Assembly (NCBI GenBank): GCA_964199315.1
Contig: OZ116710.1
Span: forward strand, 19,282,001 to 19,346,000
Direction: 5' to 3'
DNA: 64,000 bases
From: Orbicella franksi
Lineage: Eukaryota
This document shows positions 24,936 through 37,525 of the stretch, in pieces. Position numbers and translations under genes: made by a program. How positions within the stretch are numbered: position 1 is the first letter of the stretch; each line of letters begins with the position of its first letter. The notes under the pieces were generated by a model. It was not told the origin of the DNA. It worked only from the letters and a program-made list of their open reading frames with translations, and did not search any database.

Positions 24936-26404
24936 TCTGTTGCTATGGGCAATCCCTATATAAATTATAACATTTTCAGGGAGGTGACTTCCAGTAAACG
25001 TAAATTTCCGCTCGGGCAAATGATAACCGTTAATGACACGAAAGCCATACCCAAATTATCTTTATAATTCAATTTTTTAAATCTTATCTGTGATTATTCC
25101 AAGGGCGTTCCCGGTGCTTTTGAGACAGACTATGCATGAATTCGTGTTTAATTAAAAGAGGAAATTCTTAGGGTTGAATAGGTCTGCATTCGAGCCTGGT
25201 AGCCTATTTGTTTTAGTGGCATGAATTGATCCGGGTTATTTCTACTTCCCCCTGGATGGGGTGCTCATCAATCGAAGCGTTACCTGGTAACAATTAATTT
25301 GCTCGTGCTCAGTAATGCACTTTACACACATAGTGCAATCACCCGTTTTGAGATCTAACACAGACCGCTTCATCCGGCGTCCAGCGCACAAATTATTACG
25401 CCACTGCGTCTCCCCTGTAATTATTGTTATTAAGGTGGCTCGATCGGATTTTTGAGTATCGATACCGTTCAACTTAGAGTGACTAGAACAGCACCATTAT
25501 CAATCCAACAGAAAATCGAACGTCACTAGTGTGCTAGAGAAAGATGAAAGTTTCAAATAGGATACATTTCAGCAAGATCTGAGTTACCATAGCAACGAAA
25601 TGCCGCCATACCCCATTTTACATAAGACCGAATAACTTCCCAGCAGGTATTTTTTTGGAAACACGACGTCGGGATCTCAAACTTGACATAGATGTCTTAA
25701 CGATGGCAAAATTTTAAAAAATCTTTAAGAGCGTTTTCGAGAAAATTGCGAGTGAAGTTTCAAGGTGTCAAAATACAACAAAAACAAAGCTGTTTTAAAT
25801 GTTATTGCAAACTATGTCCGCAAGACTTGAATAAATGGTATTCTGGTCTTAAATGAATTTTATAACATATAATTACCTCGAATGAAAGTCTCGGAGAAAT
25901 CACTCTGGTTGACTTTCAGAAACAATGGCTTGAATATCAACTGGTGTAGGCTGTTGTTTTGCTTTTTATCAAAAATTGCCCCTAAAATTCTTAAATTGGG
26001 CGGGAATTAAAAACTACAGGATTAATTTTTTTAAAACTTGGCCCTCAATGAGATTAATCCATATTCCACGTAATACCGGAGTTTCAAATAAATTGAAACA
26101 TTCTAAGGCTGCTAATTTTCAGCATCGATTGAGGAAAATATTGCGCCGATTTTCACTCATGTTGTTTGTTGTCTTCATTATAATTTTCTTTTGTCTCGAA
26201 TCACCATACTATTGTACATTTCTGCACATCATGAATTCATAAAACGTGCGATTGTTTTCCGGTGATTTTCCGAAGCATGCTAAAATATCCCGAGCTAGCC
26301 CATTTATTTCAGTGTCATCATGATGGTCTACGTTATATTTACAAGTAAGCATCTACGTAGTGAAGCAAACAGAATTTGAGTAAGTACGTCAGAAACGTTT
26401 ATTA

Positions 26405-26595
26405 GGCTGATTTAGCAAGAGAACGGGAACGTCACTTGACGACGGCGCGCGCAATACAAATACCCAAATATGGCCAAATTAGAACAGAATCCAGGTTTTT
26501 CCGCGCGCCCTGCAGTCGTCATCTGACCATATTTGGGTATTTGTACTGCGCGCGCCGTCGTCAAGTGACGTTCCCGTTCTCTTGCTAAATCAGCC
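26405..26595. mobile_element. 191-bp MITE with about 70-bp terminal inverted repeats
   Basis: The arm ggctgatttagcaagagaacgggaacgtcacttgacgacggcgcgcgca(a/g)tacaaatacccaaatatgg is mirrored at the other end. TATTA direct repeats flank it (26400-26404, 26596-26600). Confidence 0.9.
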
Positions 26596-28090
26596 TATTA
26601 GCTAACTAAAACCGACTGCGTCATGAAAGTTTGTAATACAAAGTAAATCGACAGTTGGCATTGTCGCGTTGATTTGCGAGATTCTGGGCGGGCGCTAAAG
26701 TTCGGAATCTATATCTTTAAACAAAAGGAACCATGCCAGTCTTCCTTCGATAAATGAACTGCTTATCCATTACAGTATTTTGTCTGATAAACTTTGTCTG
26801 ATCAGGCGATGTAACCGAGGATGTAAACAAGTGTGGCAGTACAGTGCTCCTCCCACACCACAAGTTGACGATGCCTTCTTGCAGAAGTAACGAAATAAAA
26901 CATAGGGAAGTCAATATTTGCAGCTACATTTGCCCTCTTTGATGTCGATTTAACGCAGTTTTTGAAAATCTATTCTGAACACACTCTAGATAAATAACAT
27001 AAGGGGATATGTCTGCTTACCATTGTACTCCCTAAGTAGCCACGCATGGCACAATGTTTAGTAACCGTTTCCGTCAACTTGCACTTTTTTCACAGTCTGG
27101 ATTCATCGACTGCCGTACAATGACATGTGCATTCTTGTACGAGGAGAGGCAGACTCGACGATCAGATAAACTGCAACAACAAAGTGTCGGTTTTCCAGTC
27201 AGTTTTAGTAGGACCACGCCACCCACACATTTTAAATTTTCCACGACTTGAACGCCCTCTGTATTTCCAACGTGTGACAACAACGTGTACACCTGAAGCC
27301 AAATTTAATGTTTTTTCCTGTAAACACTGTTTATAAATAGCCCTTTTTAATGCCTTTTGGGAAGGTACGGAGATGATTTATGAGACTGAGATATAAATTG
27401 TTTCAAAAAATAACTCGGCTAGTTCACAATAGACGATATTCAAATATTTATTTAGTTACTCATACCATTATCGATATAAAATCGAATAACAAATCAGTAA
27501 CTGTTCATGAATTGGAAGGATAACTCAAAAAAAAAAAAACGTTTAGTCTTTCTCTCCAAATAGCATAATTTTTGCTAACGAAGACTAATACATTTTTGCC
27601 TTTTGAGTTAGTAGATTACGTAATCGCACAAAGTGAATTACAATGAGTTTACAAGTGGCGTGTATACATCAACTTGTTTTTAGGGACAAGGGGATACTAT
27701 GCAAAAGATTTATGGAAGTTACTTGCATAATTAACAAATCTCACGTTTGGTTGATCAAGTTGTTTCACAAGTTGTTCTTTAAGTGTTGCGTCATCCCCGT
27801 TACGCCTCTTCCAGTCCTCTTTGCTGTTTTTGTATTTAGAGTTACTGGATATTTTGAAAGTCTACCTGATCAAAATTCATGTTTTAGCTTTTTTAATCCG
27901 CGTTAGAAAATTTGCCATTGGATTACTATGTGTCTTTTTTCATGTTAGTTTTGAGATAATGTACCGATTCAAAAAGGTAAAAATGTGAAATTAAGATAGA
28001 TTACGTGAACCACGCACTCTTGGAAGTTGTCAGAGTACAGATATAGCGATTGCTTTCGTCACGTATCCTTTTAGCTAATGTAGTCGAGGG

Positions 28091-28125
28091 AACAACAGCA
28101 ACGACAACAACAACAACAACAACAA
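28091..28125. repeat. (AAC)n microsatellite
   Basis: aacaacagcaacgacaacaacaacaacaacaacaa. Confidence 0.9.
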
Positions 28126-28762
28126 TAAATGATAGCAATAAGTAAAAATATAAACAAGTAATAAGCTTTTGAAATAAACTTAAGTGTTTCCTTTCTTCCT
28201 TTTCATCAATCACAGTTTCCTTGGAAGTTTTTTTATCTTCGTGCTTCAGATCATTGTTTCTAAACTCGATCTATGCTTTCGTGATGTTCGTTAAATCAAG
28301 GCGGCAAAAGCATGATTCTTATCACAATTTCTTCAGAATCATTTGCATCGTTTGCGTAAGACAGTGATTGAATAAATTTTGTAAATTTACCACATAAGTC
28401 TCACCTGATTCACCGAAATATCACACTTAGTACTTTTCAGTAGAAAAAAAGGGAATTGCTGGTTCGGTGCGTTTCTTGTTAAACTTTCTTTTATTTTTGT
28501 TCAGCTGGCAGCTGTAAGTTTCGAAATACTTCTTGATGTGTCTGGATGCACGTGCCCTAATTCACGTGCTTCGGGCTGTGGAAACAGTATGTGAGTTGTT
28601 TGGTTATAGATTGAGCTCATTAGTATCTTTTATCTTTGGCTGATAAGAAAGCGAGGAAATGTAATATTAATCTCAGTATTGAAAAGGGCGATGTCATGTC
28701 ACGTTTAATCAACTCGCTTCAGCTACATGAAAAATCGTTATCGTTTTATCTAGCCAGTTCAC

Positions 28763-28770
28763 TATATAAG
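28763..28770 (+). promoter_or_regulatory. TATA box candidate for A6
   Basis: TATATAAG about 200 bp upstream of the ATG at 28964. Confidence 0.45.
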
Positions 28771-28963
28771 GGGGAAAATGTTGCCCTGAAGAGTTTAAGT
28801 CCAGCGCTTTGGTAGAATCAAATTCGACTGCGACTGCTGATGCAACGCTTGGTCTGTTGTCAAACTACAACTGAACATAGTTCACTTTTGAGGTGCCGAC
28901 TACGTTGAGCGTACAACTCTGATTTGAAGTAACCTTGGGTTTTTGAATCGTCAGGGAAGTAGT

Positions 28964-29467
28964 ATGTGTCGATTTACTGGTTCAAAGCACAGAGACTATT
29001 CCCCGAGTCGTTCAACAACGATGTCTTACTGGCGTCGATTGCCCACAATTTATGAGGCTACTGATGTTGAAATGGCTGAAGAGACTGCAGCAGGCGAAAA
29101 GAGCGAACAGCAACATGTCATTGAAACAGAACAGCTGGGGGAGTACGGAATCATGTTGCCCCTTACCAAAAAGAACAAACGATCTAAACCAAGAAGGCAA
29201 AAAAATGCGAGATGCATTGTTCCTTCGTTTATTAAACCCGACTTTACAGAAGCAGATGCATCGCGGTCATTCCAGCAAATTCAAGATGAGTGGAGACACT
29301 TGTTAAGTACGCCATATTCTGACTTTTTCCCACAGGACATGAAATCGTCATTTATAGACAACAGCTTTACACTTTCAAGTAAGAAAACGCTCGGGAAAAT
29401 ACCAAACAAAGATGCTCAAGCTTGCAAGTTTAGCGAAATCGCTGCCTGGCTAGAGTTTTTTGGATGA
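28964..29467 (+). CDS. Family member A6, 167 aa (MCRF ... RRLPTIYE ... YSDFFP ... IAAWLEFFG*)
   Basis: The track start is TTG; the first ATG is at 28964. Motifs are present, with the central motif in variant form. Confidence 0.85.
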   Translation: MCRFTGSKHRDYSPSRSTTMSYWRRLPTIYEATDVEMAEETAAGEKSEQQHVIETEQLGEYGIMLPLTKKNKRSKPRRQKNARCIVPSFIKPDFTEADASRSFQQIQDEWRHLLSTPYSDFFPQDMKSSFIDNSFTLSSKKTLGKIPNKDAQACKFSEIAAWLEFFG

Positions 29468-30224
29468 TAAATCTTTACCAAGGTAGCAGTGAATAGAAAT
29501 CAAAATTAATAATTTATTGACATTGATGATTCTTCATTTTTCCTTCAGCAAGGAATTGACCTTTGAAGGCCTCATATGCTAGATAAACCGTTCAGGCCAA
29601 ACAAAATTGCCGCCTTGTTTACAAAGAAGAGACAGAAACTTGACACTGACTGAGTTGAATTAGTCAATCGCAGAAGGGTCTTGGGAAAAACAAATGAGTC
29701 GAGGCGTGTAGCAATTGTTTGACTTTGTTTGATGATTTAAATATCAACGCTGTGTATCAAAAGTACTGATGAAAAATACATAAAACAAAGGTTTCCCCTT
29801 CAAATCCACAAATTATGTATTTGTACATCAAGTTATGCTCTTAAAGTATTCAATTTTATCGATTTCATTAGAAATTTGGGGTCAAAATCGTCAATACTGG
29901 GCCAGACCGAAGATCGAGATTGAAACTTAACTACGTGATTGTTAATTTTAGAAACATTAATTTACTTTGTCATATCGAGCCTACTGTCCTTTATACTGTT
30001 TTATTAAATGTGTTGTAAACTAAGAATACATTTAAGTGGATGCCTCTTTCTATTGACTGCCTGAAACGTCAACCCTGTATTGCAATAGACTAGTTGTGGT
30101 GTTTCACCTCTGGTGCTTTCCGCAAAAGTTGTCAATTTTTTATCGGGTGCTGATGGAGTAATTGTATTTTAACATAACGGATACTTTTGTAAGAGAAAAG
30201 CGTTTAGAAATAAATGCTGTCGGA

Positions 30225-30385
30225 TTGAAGTTCGTCGATAGAGCACTTCATCGGTATCATTGAAGTCATGGGTTCGAATCACGTTCAATTCTGAATTTTT
30301 TTCAGGCCTTGTCTTTCATTGTTTAATATTTTTTTTCTAACTGCGTGCGATGATATTTCATATACTGAATATTTCATATTTTCAC
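30225..30385 (+). mobile_element. tRNA-derived SINE relic
   Basis: B-box GGTTCGAATC at 30271-30280, preceded by the A-box-like tagagcacttcatcggtatc and followed by ctgaattttttcagg. There is no intact tRNA cloverleaf. Confidence 0.55.
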
Positions 30386-31617
30386 TGGCAAAGTTTAATT
30401 GCTGTTCTTAGAACTCACTGCCATATATTTTCTCTCTTTCCTTCTTTTAATATATCTCGGTTATTTACAAAAAATATAAATTACTGACGCCTTTAAAGAA
30501 GCCTTACTGTATTCTTTATTATTTTTAAAGTTCTTAATGAAATCTTCGTGAAGGCGGATCAGTGTGTGTGTGTGACTGATATTAATTACTGATTTTATTC
30601 AGTTTCCTACTTTGATGATTTAAACAATGTCTATGTAGTTTGTTAAAAAAATTGACTCTAAACATAATACTACGCTTTTTTTCGACTACTTGGGTAAAGA
30701 TCAAAGCGGCTAAATCTTGTCCAAAAACACTCGACAGAGCCTTTTTTCCCTTATCTATTTTTCTGTGCGTAGGAAATTTAGAACAGCTTAAACCTCAGCT
30801 GTAACATGTCGAGGTATAACCAATCTACTTATTTATGTTCATAGCTCTCTTCTTTGAAACAAACAAACGACACCTCATAAAAAAATATAAAACCAAATAT
30901 ACAATTACAACAAAAAAATTCTAAAAAACAAAAGAAAGCAGAATAAATTAACTTTAACATACTGTAAACCAAACAACCATCGACAAATTTAATGTACGTA
31001 ATACAATGAGGAGGCAAACACTGAGACGGAATAATTCGTAAACATGGATTGTACTGGCTTGAAAAAGTAAATTCCAGAGCTTGATCCATCCATGTGTTAA
31101 AAATGTGTTAAAGGACAAAATAGCTGGGTAAAATTGAAAACAAAAAAGAAAGCATAAAAATAGACCGAATTGGAATGAAGGCGATCTTTCGCTTCTGAAT
31201 TTGAATATGAACGCTCTGGAAATTTACTAAATTAATTGATTTATTTATTTATTGAAGTATTTTTTTGGCTGCTCGCTTTGCATATGTTCCTACCGTGCGA
31301 CTTCTCACGTACAGCAGTGGAGATTACTATAAAAGGACAACAATCACCGACAGCGGAAATCGGAGTACATTGAATATGTCAAATACGTCCATCAACAATC
31401 GGAACACAAAGTTATCTTTTGTTGTTTTTAAGCTGCAAGGAGTAAGCTTGAGAGAAAAAAAAAATCCCAATACGATTAGAAGTCTTTGTGAAGAAAGATA
31501 TGTCTGTTGTGTTAGCCTTGTTGTCGGGCAAAAAAAGGGATCTTAAAAGAAGTTGAAAGTAAAAAATAAGTCCATCAAATTTTGAATTAATTCAAATCAT
31601 TTGCACGCTCTCCCACT

Positions 31618-31620
<3 letters not shown>

Positions 31621-31688
<68 letters not shown>
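31621..31688. repeat. (TA)34 microsatellite
   Basis: Uninterrupted TA run, about 500 bp upstream of A7. Confidence 0.97.
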
Positions 31689-31692
<4 letters not shown>

Positions 31693-32091
31693 AAAATTCT
31701 GATGAAAGAGCGAGCGAATGAATACGACGCAGAGAAAAAGACAACACTCCTTTGGTTTCCACGTTTGTTTTTGTCAAGCTTTAAATGACAAAAGGGGTAC
31801 GTGCCATGCATGCTGCTTGATGTTACTCAACTGTAGTCAAAACACCTAAGAAAAGAACAGTGGCCTTCTAGATTGATTCAGCTAAATTTGAACAACGATT
31901 GAGATGTTTGGACGTAAAAAAAACTAAGGTTCACATTAAGCCCAGACAAGTCTCCAATAATGGTAAAATTGGTTTTGAAATCATTATCAATATCCGTGCA
32001 TTAGACGCCATTATTGTCATGAAGTGCATCATATGTTGTCAAATTGTTCTGTTTTGTGATATATATACATTTATTTTGATTAAACTTATGG

Positions 32092-32099
32092 TATATAAA
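32092..32099 (+). promoter_or_regulatory. TATA box candidate for A7
   Basis: TATATAAA about 95 bp upstream of the ATG at 32189. Confidence 0.5.
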
Positions 32100-32188
32100 C
32101 ATGCGAATGCTCATTTCAGTATCTTATTAAGGTTTGTTTTTTTGAAGAGGCTGGGATCAGCGGGTGGAAAGCTCTCCTCAGATTCAGA

Positions 32189-32674
32189 ATGTGTAGGTTT
32201 TGCAGACACCTTGGAAAAATGCGTGCTACTTATCAAGGCAGAATTCAGACTAGGCGGAGAATCGCTTGCCTTCCTACTATTTTTGAAGCGGTAAACGAAG
32301 AGATAGGTACACTGAACAATACTGATGATTCGAGGTTACCGTTGCACCAGCGTTGTGAATATAAAAGGGAAGCAAAGGAGAAGAATGATCGTGTGGGAAA
32401 GGTTCTGTGCAAGGCTACAAGCCGAACCATGGTATTAAGGATGGACATTGGAGCGACTACGAGAACGATTACTCAATGCAACACGCACATGCGGACAGTC
32501 TACCCGGATTTTTTTCCCGAAACGACATTCTGTAGCAGCAGTATTTCAATGCAAAGTACAGGAGTTTTTAACCAAAACGCTTGCTTGGGAATAAAGCTTC
32601 TCAAAATCGGTGGAAAACGAGAATGTTTTGAAAAACAAAGAGGAATTGCCGCCTGGCTTAAGTTTTTTGGCTAA
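32189..32674 (+). CDS. Family member A7, 161 aa (MCRF ... LPTIFE ... VYPDFFP ... IAAWLKFFG*)
   Basis: ATG start, intact ORF, all three motifs present. Confidence 0.88.
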   Translation: MCRFCRHLGKMRATYQGRIQTRRRIACLPTIFEAVNEEIGTLNNTDDSRLPLHQRCEYKREAKEKNDRVGKVLCKATSRTMVLRMDIGATTRTITQCNTHMRTVYPDFFPETTFCSSSISMQSTGVFNQNACLGIKLLKIGGKRECFEKQRGIAAWLKFFG

Positions 32675-33506
32675 GAATGCGTCTAGCGTATTATGCAAAA
32701 CTTGTTGCCGGATCAACAAACAAACCTGGCAGGTGTAGAATTGTCGAAAAATCTTTTTCCATCCAGCGTTTTATGCTGAGGAATAGGATTGTTAATGTCA
32801 TTTTAGTAGTAGTAGCAATAGCTGAAGTAGCAGTAAGACTCGTTGTTGTTTATTAAATCCGTCGTCTGGCTCTAATTTACTTTTCTGATAAAACAGAAAA
32901 CTTTGTTATGGGGTGCAATTAATTTGATTTGTATTGGGCAGGTTGTGATGGGCATAAAAGAGATATTTTTGTACAGAAAACGTGCTGTTTACCTCGCTCT
33001 AATTTGCGAAAACTTAATTTTCTTAAAAGAAACTGAATTACCTCCGTTTCAGGGGTTTCTCAATAAATAGGAAGAAATAGGTTTTAACCACGATCGAGGC
33101 AACTTGCGTAGATTCTATAATTACAAACAATGCAATGAGCTCCACGCAAACAACGTTGTTTGCGCAAATTCTCACAATCGCCCATCACAAAATTTCAATT
33201 TCTGTTATTTTTTGAACGCGCCTCTTTTCGCTTAAGAAATTAATGACCTATAGTGATTCATGTTCGAGTGAGATCGTTTCATGCTATATAAAATGAGGTA
33301 AACAGGGTGCGAAGCACAGTGCTAAATATTAATCATAAAATTTGATTTATAAAGCGCTTATCTATTTGATACCAATTTTTACTCATTTGTATTAATTCGC
33401 CATTTCACCCATTTTCCTTGATTGAGAGCGTTGCAAAAATCAACAAAACATTCCAACTCAGGAGTTATTCCAACTTTCACCCAGTTCCATTGTAATTTGA
33501 TAGTCC

Positions 33507-34021
33507 ATGTGCTGATTTGCCGCTTCGTCGGGAAGAGACCACTCTGAGGACAAGTGCCTCAGTGCCTTCTGACAGCGAATATTCGCTTAAGCACTGGTAG
33601 AATTTCCGATATTGGTTTCCCGATGACAGGACAGCGAGAGTAGTCCGAAAGTTACCGCGCCATGACTGCGTGATCAGCTGCTTAGCAACTTCGACAGGAA
33701 GACTGCGAGTTCAGTCCGATCTCGGAGGTCTGAATTCGTGGTAAACGTGTGCTTGGTATCTCACCGAGACTGTGAATGACTACTGAGTGAACAAAACAAT
33801 ACAGTGATGTCAGAGTGAGTCCTTCAGTAACGGTAAACTTACTAATGATATCTCGGGCTTCGCAGAACTGCAACAGTGATAACCTAGCAAACGACTTAAA
33901 AAAAAAAACACTGCTACAACTAAAGGTTGCAGACAACAAGCCACGTTGCTATTTCATTTTCACATCGACGCGGAAGAAATCCAGCATTGAACTTCATTAT
34001 AATTTCCTGAAGTACTTTTAA
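33507..34021 (+). pseudogene. Family member A7b-psi, decayed paralogue of A6/A7
   Basis: It reads MC*FAASSGRDHS...F*QR against A6 MCRFTGSKHRDYS...YWRR (CGA to TGA, TGG to TGA). It ends FLKYF* against WLKFFG*, the length is similar, and TATATAAAA lies at 33285-33293. The middle is frameshifted and poorly alignable. Confidence 0.6.
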
Positions 34022-35567
34022 TGCAAGTACTTCATACGCGGAAGAAATCTTGATGCAGGGATGAAAGTCCACTTATGCTTTGCATTTTTCCGTTAGCGTC
34101 TATTGATCAGCATTGCTTATTTCAGTAGTGCTTATGTGCCAAACTTAATTTTGGTTTTGAATGAACCATGGTGCATTATATTTTTCTTTGTGCGACTAAG
34201 GCAAGTCGATCCTTTTTCAAACCTTCAAAATCAAATGCGCCAACGTGATTGCCTCGGCAGACGCTTACTGGGCGTGTATGTTTTGTATCGAAACGTTTGG
34301 GCACGTTATTTTTCAGCTTTTTGTTAAGTTGAGATTATACAAAACATTGTCTAGGCTTTAAAAGGGAATTGCTTCGAGAAAAATCTTACATTTTATTAAC
34401 GCGTGTTACGGTGACAATACCTTTCAACTTTAAGTGGCGTAAACTCTTTCGATTATATCATACGATGCCACTTTACCGTTTACGCTCCTTAACTGCCGGC
34501 TTATATTATGTTCGACCAAGATAAAGGACCTGCTTGAAAACAGCCAAGGTTGATGTGGCTTTCACTCTTAATATTGTAATTTATATATTTATGTTCTATT
34601 TTTGAACTTAAGTTCTGTTTTTTTCTGTGATGCTATTAGCATTACGGCCCCGACTTGAGGGTGCAGATTTACATCACCATATATGGTAAAACTGAGTGTG
34701 TTTGTTGACGTATTAGGCCAAAACAAATCAGTCGGAAATAATACGTCGTGTACTTCCCTCTGCGGTGTCTCGGCCACTTTGCTAGTCAATATTGATGTTT
34801 GCGTTTGCTGCGCAGATGTTCAACCAGGGGTTATTAGAAATTCTAGTCACGTCTTCAGAGTTAAAAGGGTGTTGTTCTTGTAATCACCGAATCAGTAGGA
34901 CTGAAATTAAATTCTAAATAAATGTCTTTAGCCACGCTAGTCAGGGGTATATTCAATGTTGCTAGTAAAAGTAAGATAAGATAAAAACAAATTCAGCTTA
35001 CATTATGAAAAAGGTTGACTGACTTTTGCTAGCATGATATCTAAATAGACCTGTATTTTTGTTGGACAATGTGTCAGGCTTTTGATATACGATAATGCAT
35101 GTTGTCCTGTTGTGTAGGTTGCGCTATTAAGCCTTGGTCAGTGTTTTTTTTTTAAAGTTGGAAATGCCCGTGTTTGTTACTCCTGTTAGCTATTGTTACA
35201 AAAGACGCCGCTATCAAATAACATATGAAATGTTTATGCTAATATCGTATTGACGTCTTCTACCTTTGGGGTAATGTCAGTCTGATTAAATGACTAATAT
35301 CAATCTTACACTGTTCCAAAAACAACAATCATTTTGCTTGAATTATGTAGAGCCGCGCTCACTTTTCCGTTTCACTTGACGGTGTAACATTGATCAAATT
35401 TTACTGTTTATTCAAGTTGTTATCAGGGAATCTGCTTCTCACAGAAGTCATCAAGTACAGAACAACCCACAACTGAGGAAAGAGGTTTCACGCGAAAGAA
35501 GAGAATCTTTTGGATCTCGAATTGTTTCTAAGAAAAACAATTAAGCCAGAAAATTTGACTTACAATC

Positions 35568-35900
35568 ATGGAAAAATCTTCTTCTAAGAAAGTCTTCCGT
35601 GCCCATGTGGTGTCATCTAACATGTCTCGTGAAAAACGTAGACTAGCGGCAAAAGAGCCCACGCGAAAGAGCCGAACGGAGATGTTCTGGTGCAAAGGTT
35701 CGAAAATACTTCCAGATTTTTTCCCGCCTGACAAGCTAAAGAGGAAAACATTAAATCATCAAACGATCCTTTCAGTTGTCAAAAGGATTAGCATAGTGAA
35801 ACAGTACTCCTGGGAAAATGAAGAAAGCGGAGAGTCTGAAGCGCAAACGATCGCTAAATCGTGGATGATGTACTTTGGCTTTGGCGCTTGTGAAACGTGA
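35568..35900 (+). CDS. Family member B1, 110 aa (KRRLA ... ILPDFFP ... YSWENEE ... SWMMYFG)
   Basis: ATG start, intact ORF, clearly paralogous to B2-B7. Confidence 0.85.
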   Translation: MEKSSSKKVFRAHVVSSNMSREKRRLAAKEPTRKSRTEMFWCKGSKILPDFFPPDKLKRKTLNHQTILSVVKRISIVKQYSWENEESGESEAQTIAKSWMMYFGFGACET

Positions 35901-36689
35901 TTTTCTCATTTAAAACATTGTGTTGTACGAGACGTCTTCCATAAATACAATTCTATCTAATTATTTTTTAAAAAAAGGACGAATCTTTTTCGTTGTCTTA
36001 ATGGAACCATAATTGCAATTATATATCACGTCTACAACATTCTTATTGTTGTGAAAATGCTGGTAATTCAAGCTTGTCTTGAATAATGAAAGACTAAAAC
36101 TTTCTAAAACAATGATTTGGAAGTATTGATTTATTCCATATCCATTTGCCCGCAGTTATGCAAATGACTATAAAATAATTTTATTTTGATTTACCGTTTA
36201 GAAAGATTAAACAAAACACTGTCCATTGTACGTTTACTCTTAACACTACACTTGAGGGTAAAGTCAAAAACAAAACTTGCTACGACATAACACAAACTCT
36301 TTAAAGGCGTTTACCAGCAAACTTTCAAACCTGTCACTATTGGTTTATTGCCTCTCTTTCACACTCCAACAGGAGGAAACGGTCAATGGTTGTGGTAATC
36401 TGACGGTTCAATCCGTTTGAGCTGAAAACCTTGCTTAGAGACAACAGTGTCGCTAATTTGTTAACATATACATTATGATTCGACCCATCATCATCATTAT
36501 CGAATTAAGTATTACAAAACTACGTTTTTAGAATTAAAATAAATTGAAATATAATTGAAATTAAAACATAATTCGTATTTCATTTTATTTCAATATTTCA
36601 TAACTTTAAGCTTCGTAACAACTTGTTAAAAACACACAGTTCGGATGTAGACGTGCTCTTCTGGTCGTGTAAGTTAAAATCATGATTTG

Positions 36690-36910
36690 CATGCATACCA
36701 GTTTAACAATGTCCTTGGTCAGGGCGCAAACCCTCAGCATATTTATCAGGTTGTCGTAAAAATATGACGGTGTTCATTTATACTCCTGGTCGAGTGAGGC
36801 ATTGTTCAGTGAATCATGCACAGAAACACAAATACGAAAGATCAGTCCTGATTTCGATCTCGTACCTCTAGATCTAAGGTTCGAAGTCCGGCATACTACT
36901 AGGCCATACC
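36690..36910 (-). mobile_element. Degenerate tRNA-derived SINE with CORE-like body
   Basis: The minus strand starts with tRNA-like tggcctagtagtatgccggacttcgaac...gagatcgaaatc. The body contains catttatactcctggtcgagtgaggca on +, which resembles CORE-type SINE domains as I recall them. Confidence 0.45.
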
Positions 36911-37525
36911 TGTAATGGGCACAATTTATCTATTAGCAAGAAAGGCCTGAAATACATGACTCGTATTGATCGTCGCTTGTTAGATTGTAAATAGCAACCT
37001 CACGCTTTAAGAGAAAAAAAAAACGAATCATCAATTCATGTATTTGTTGGGACTCTTTGCTCTAAATTTCTTTTGACAATATGTGATATCAGTAACATAG
37101 CAATGTTATGCGTGCCCACTTGTGAATTTCGTGTGAAGGTGGGTGCAATCTGTAAGAATTTATTATATCAACAACGGATAATGACGAGATCAAACCGGGA
37201 GCATCAAACAATCGTTATCCTGCCAGTTCACACATCTTCTCGCTTTTCGCCAATGATAATGATTTGACCATGCTCTTTTCTAATGCATGCAGCACTAACG
37301 ACGAGGAGACAAACAAACAGACAGACGTACCCGTTAACTGTTTTGCGTCTTGTGTCTGTTCTTAAGGACGTGTGCTGGGTGTATACGTCACTGGTTTGCT
37401 GTCAATTTCTGGGTATGATGCTGATTCTATTTATAGTTTTGAATCACCTCAAGTAAACAGCGCCGGGTAGTAGAAATATCAGACGGTAACCGATTGTCAG
37501 CAACCAAACTTGGCATGCGAAAAGG

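Noticed and set aside
27046-27336. Frame starting MAQCLVTVSVNLHFFHSLDSSTAVQ* that loosely echoes A1 (MAQKVKRMHHFSRLDTIMEATQ)
   Set aside because: No IxE, no FP[ED]FF and no terminal WxxxFG. The similarity is too weak to call a relic, though a frameshift-aware search is worthwhile.
30271-30280. B-box suggesting a tRNA gene
   Set aside because: No acceptor stem or cloverleaf; better explained as a SINE head.
31587-31811. ORFs with YIYIYI runs
   Set aside because: Translation of the (TA)n microsatellite.
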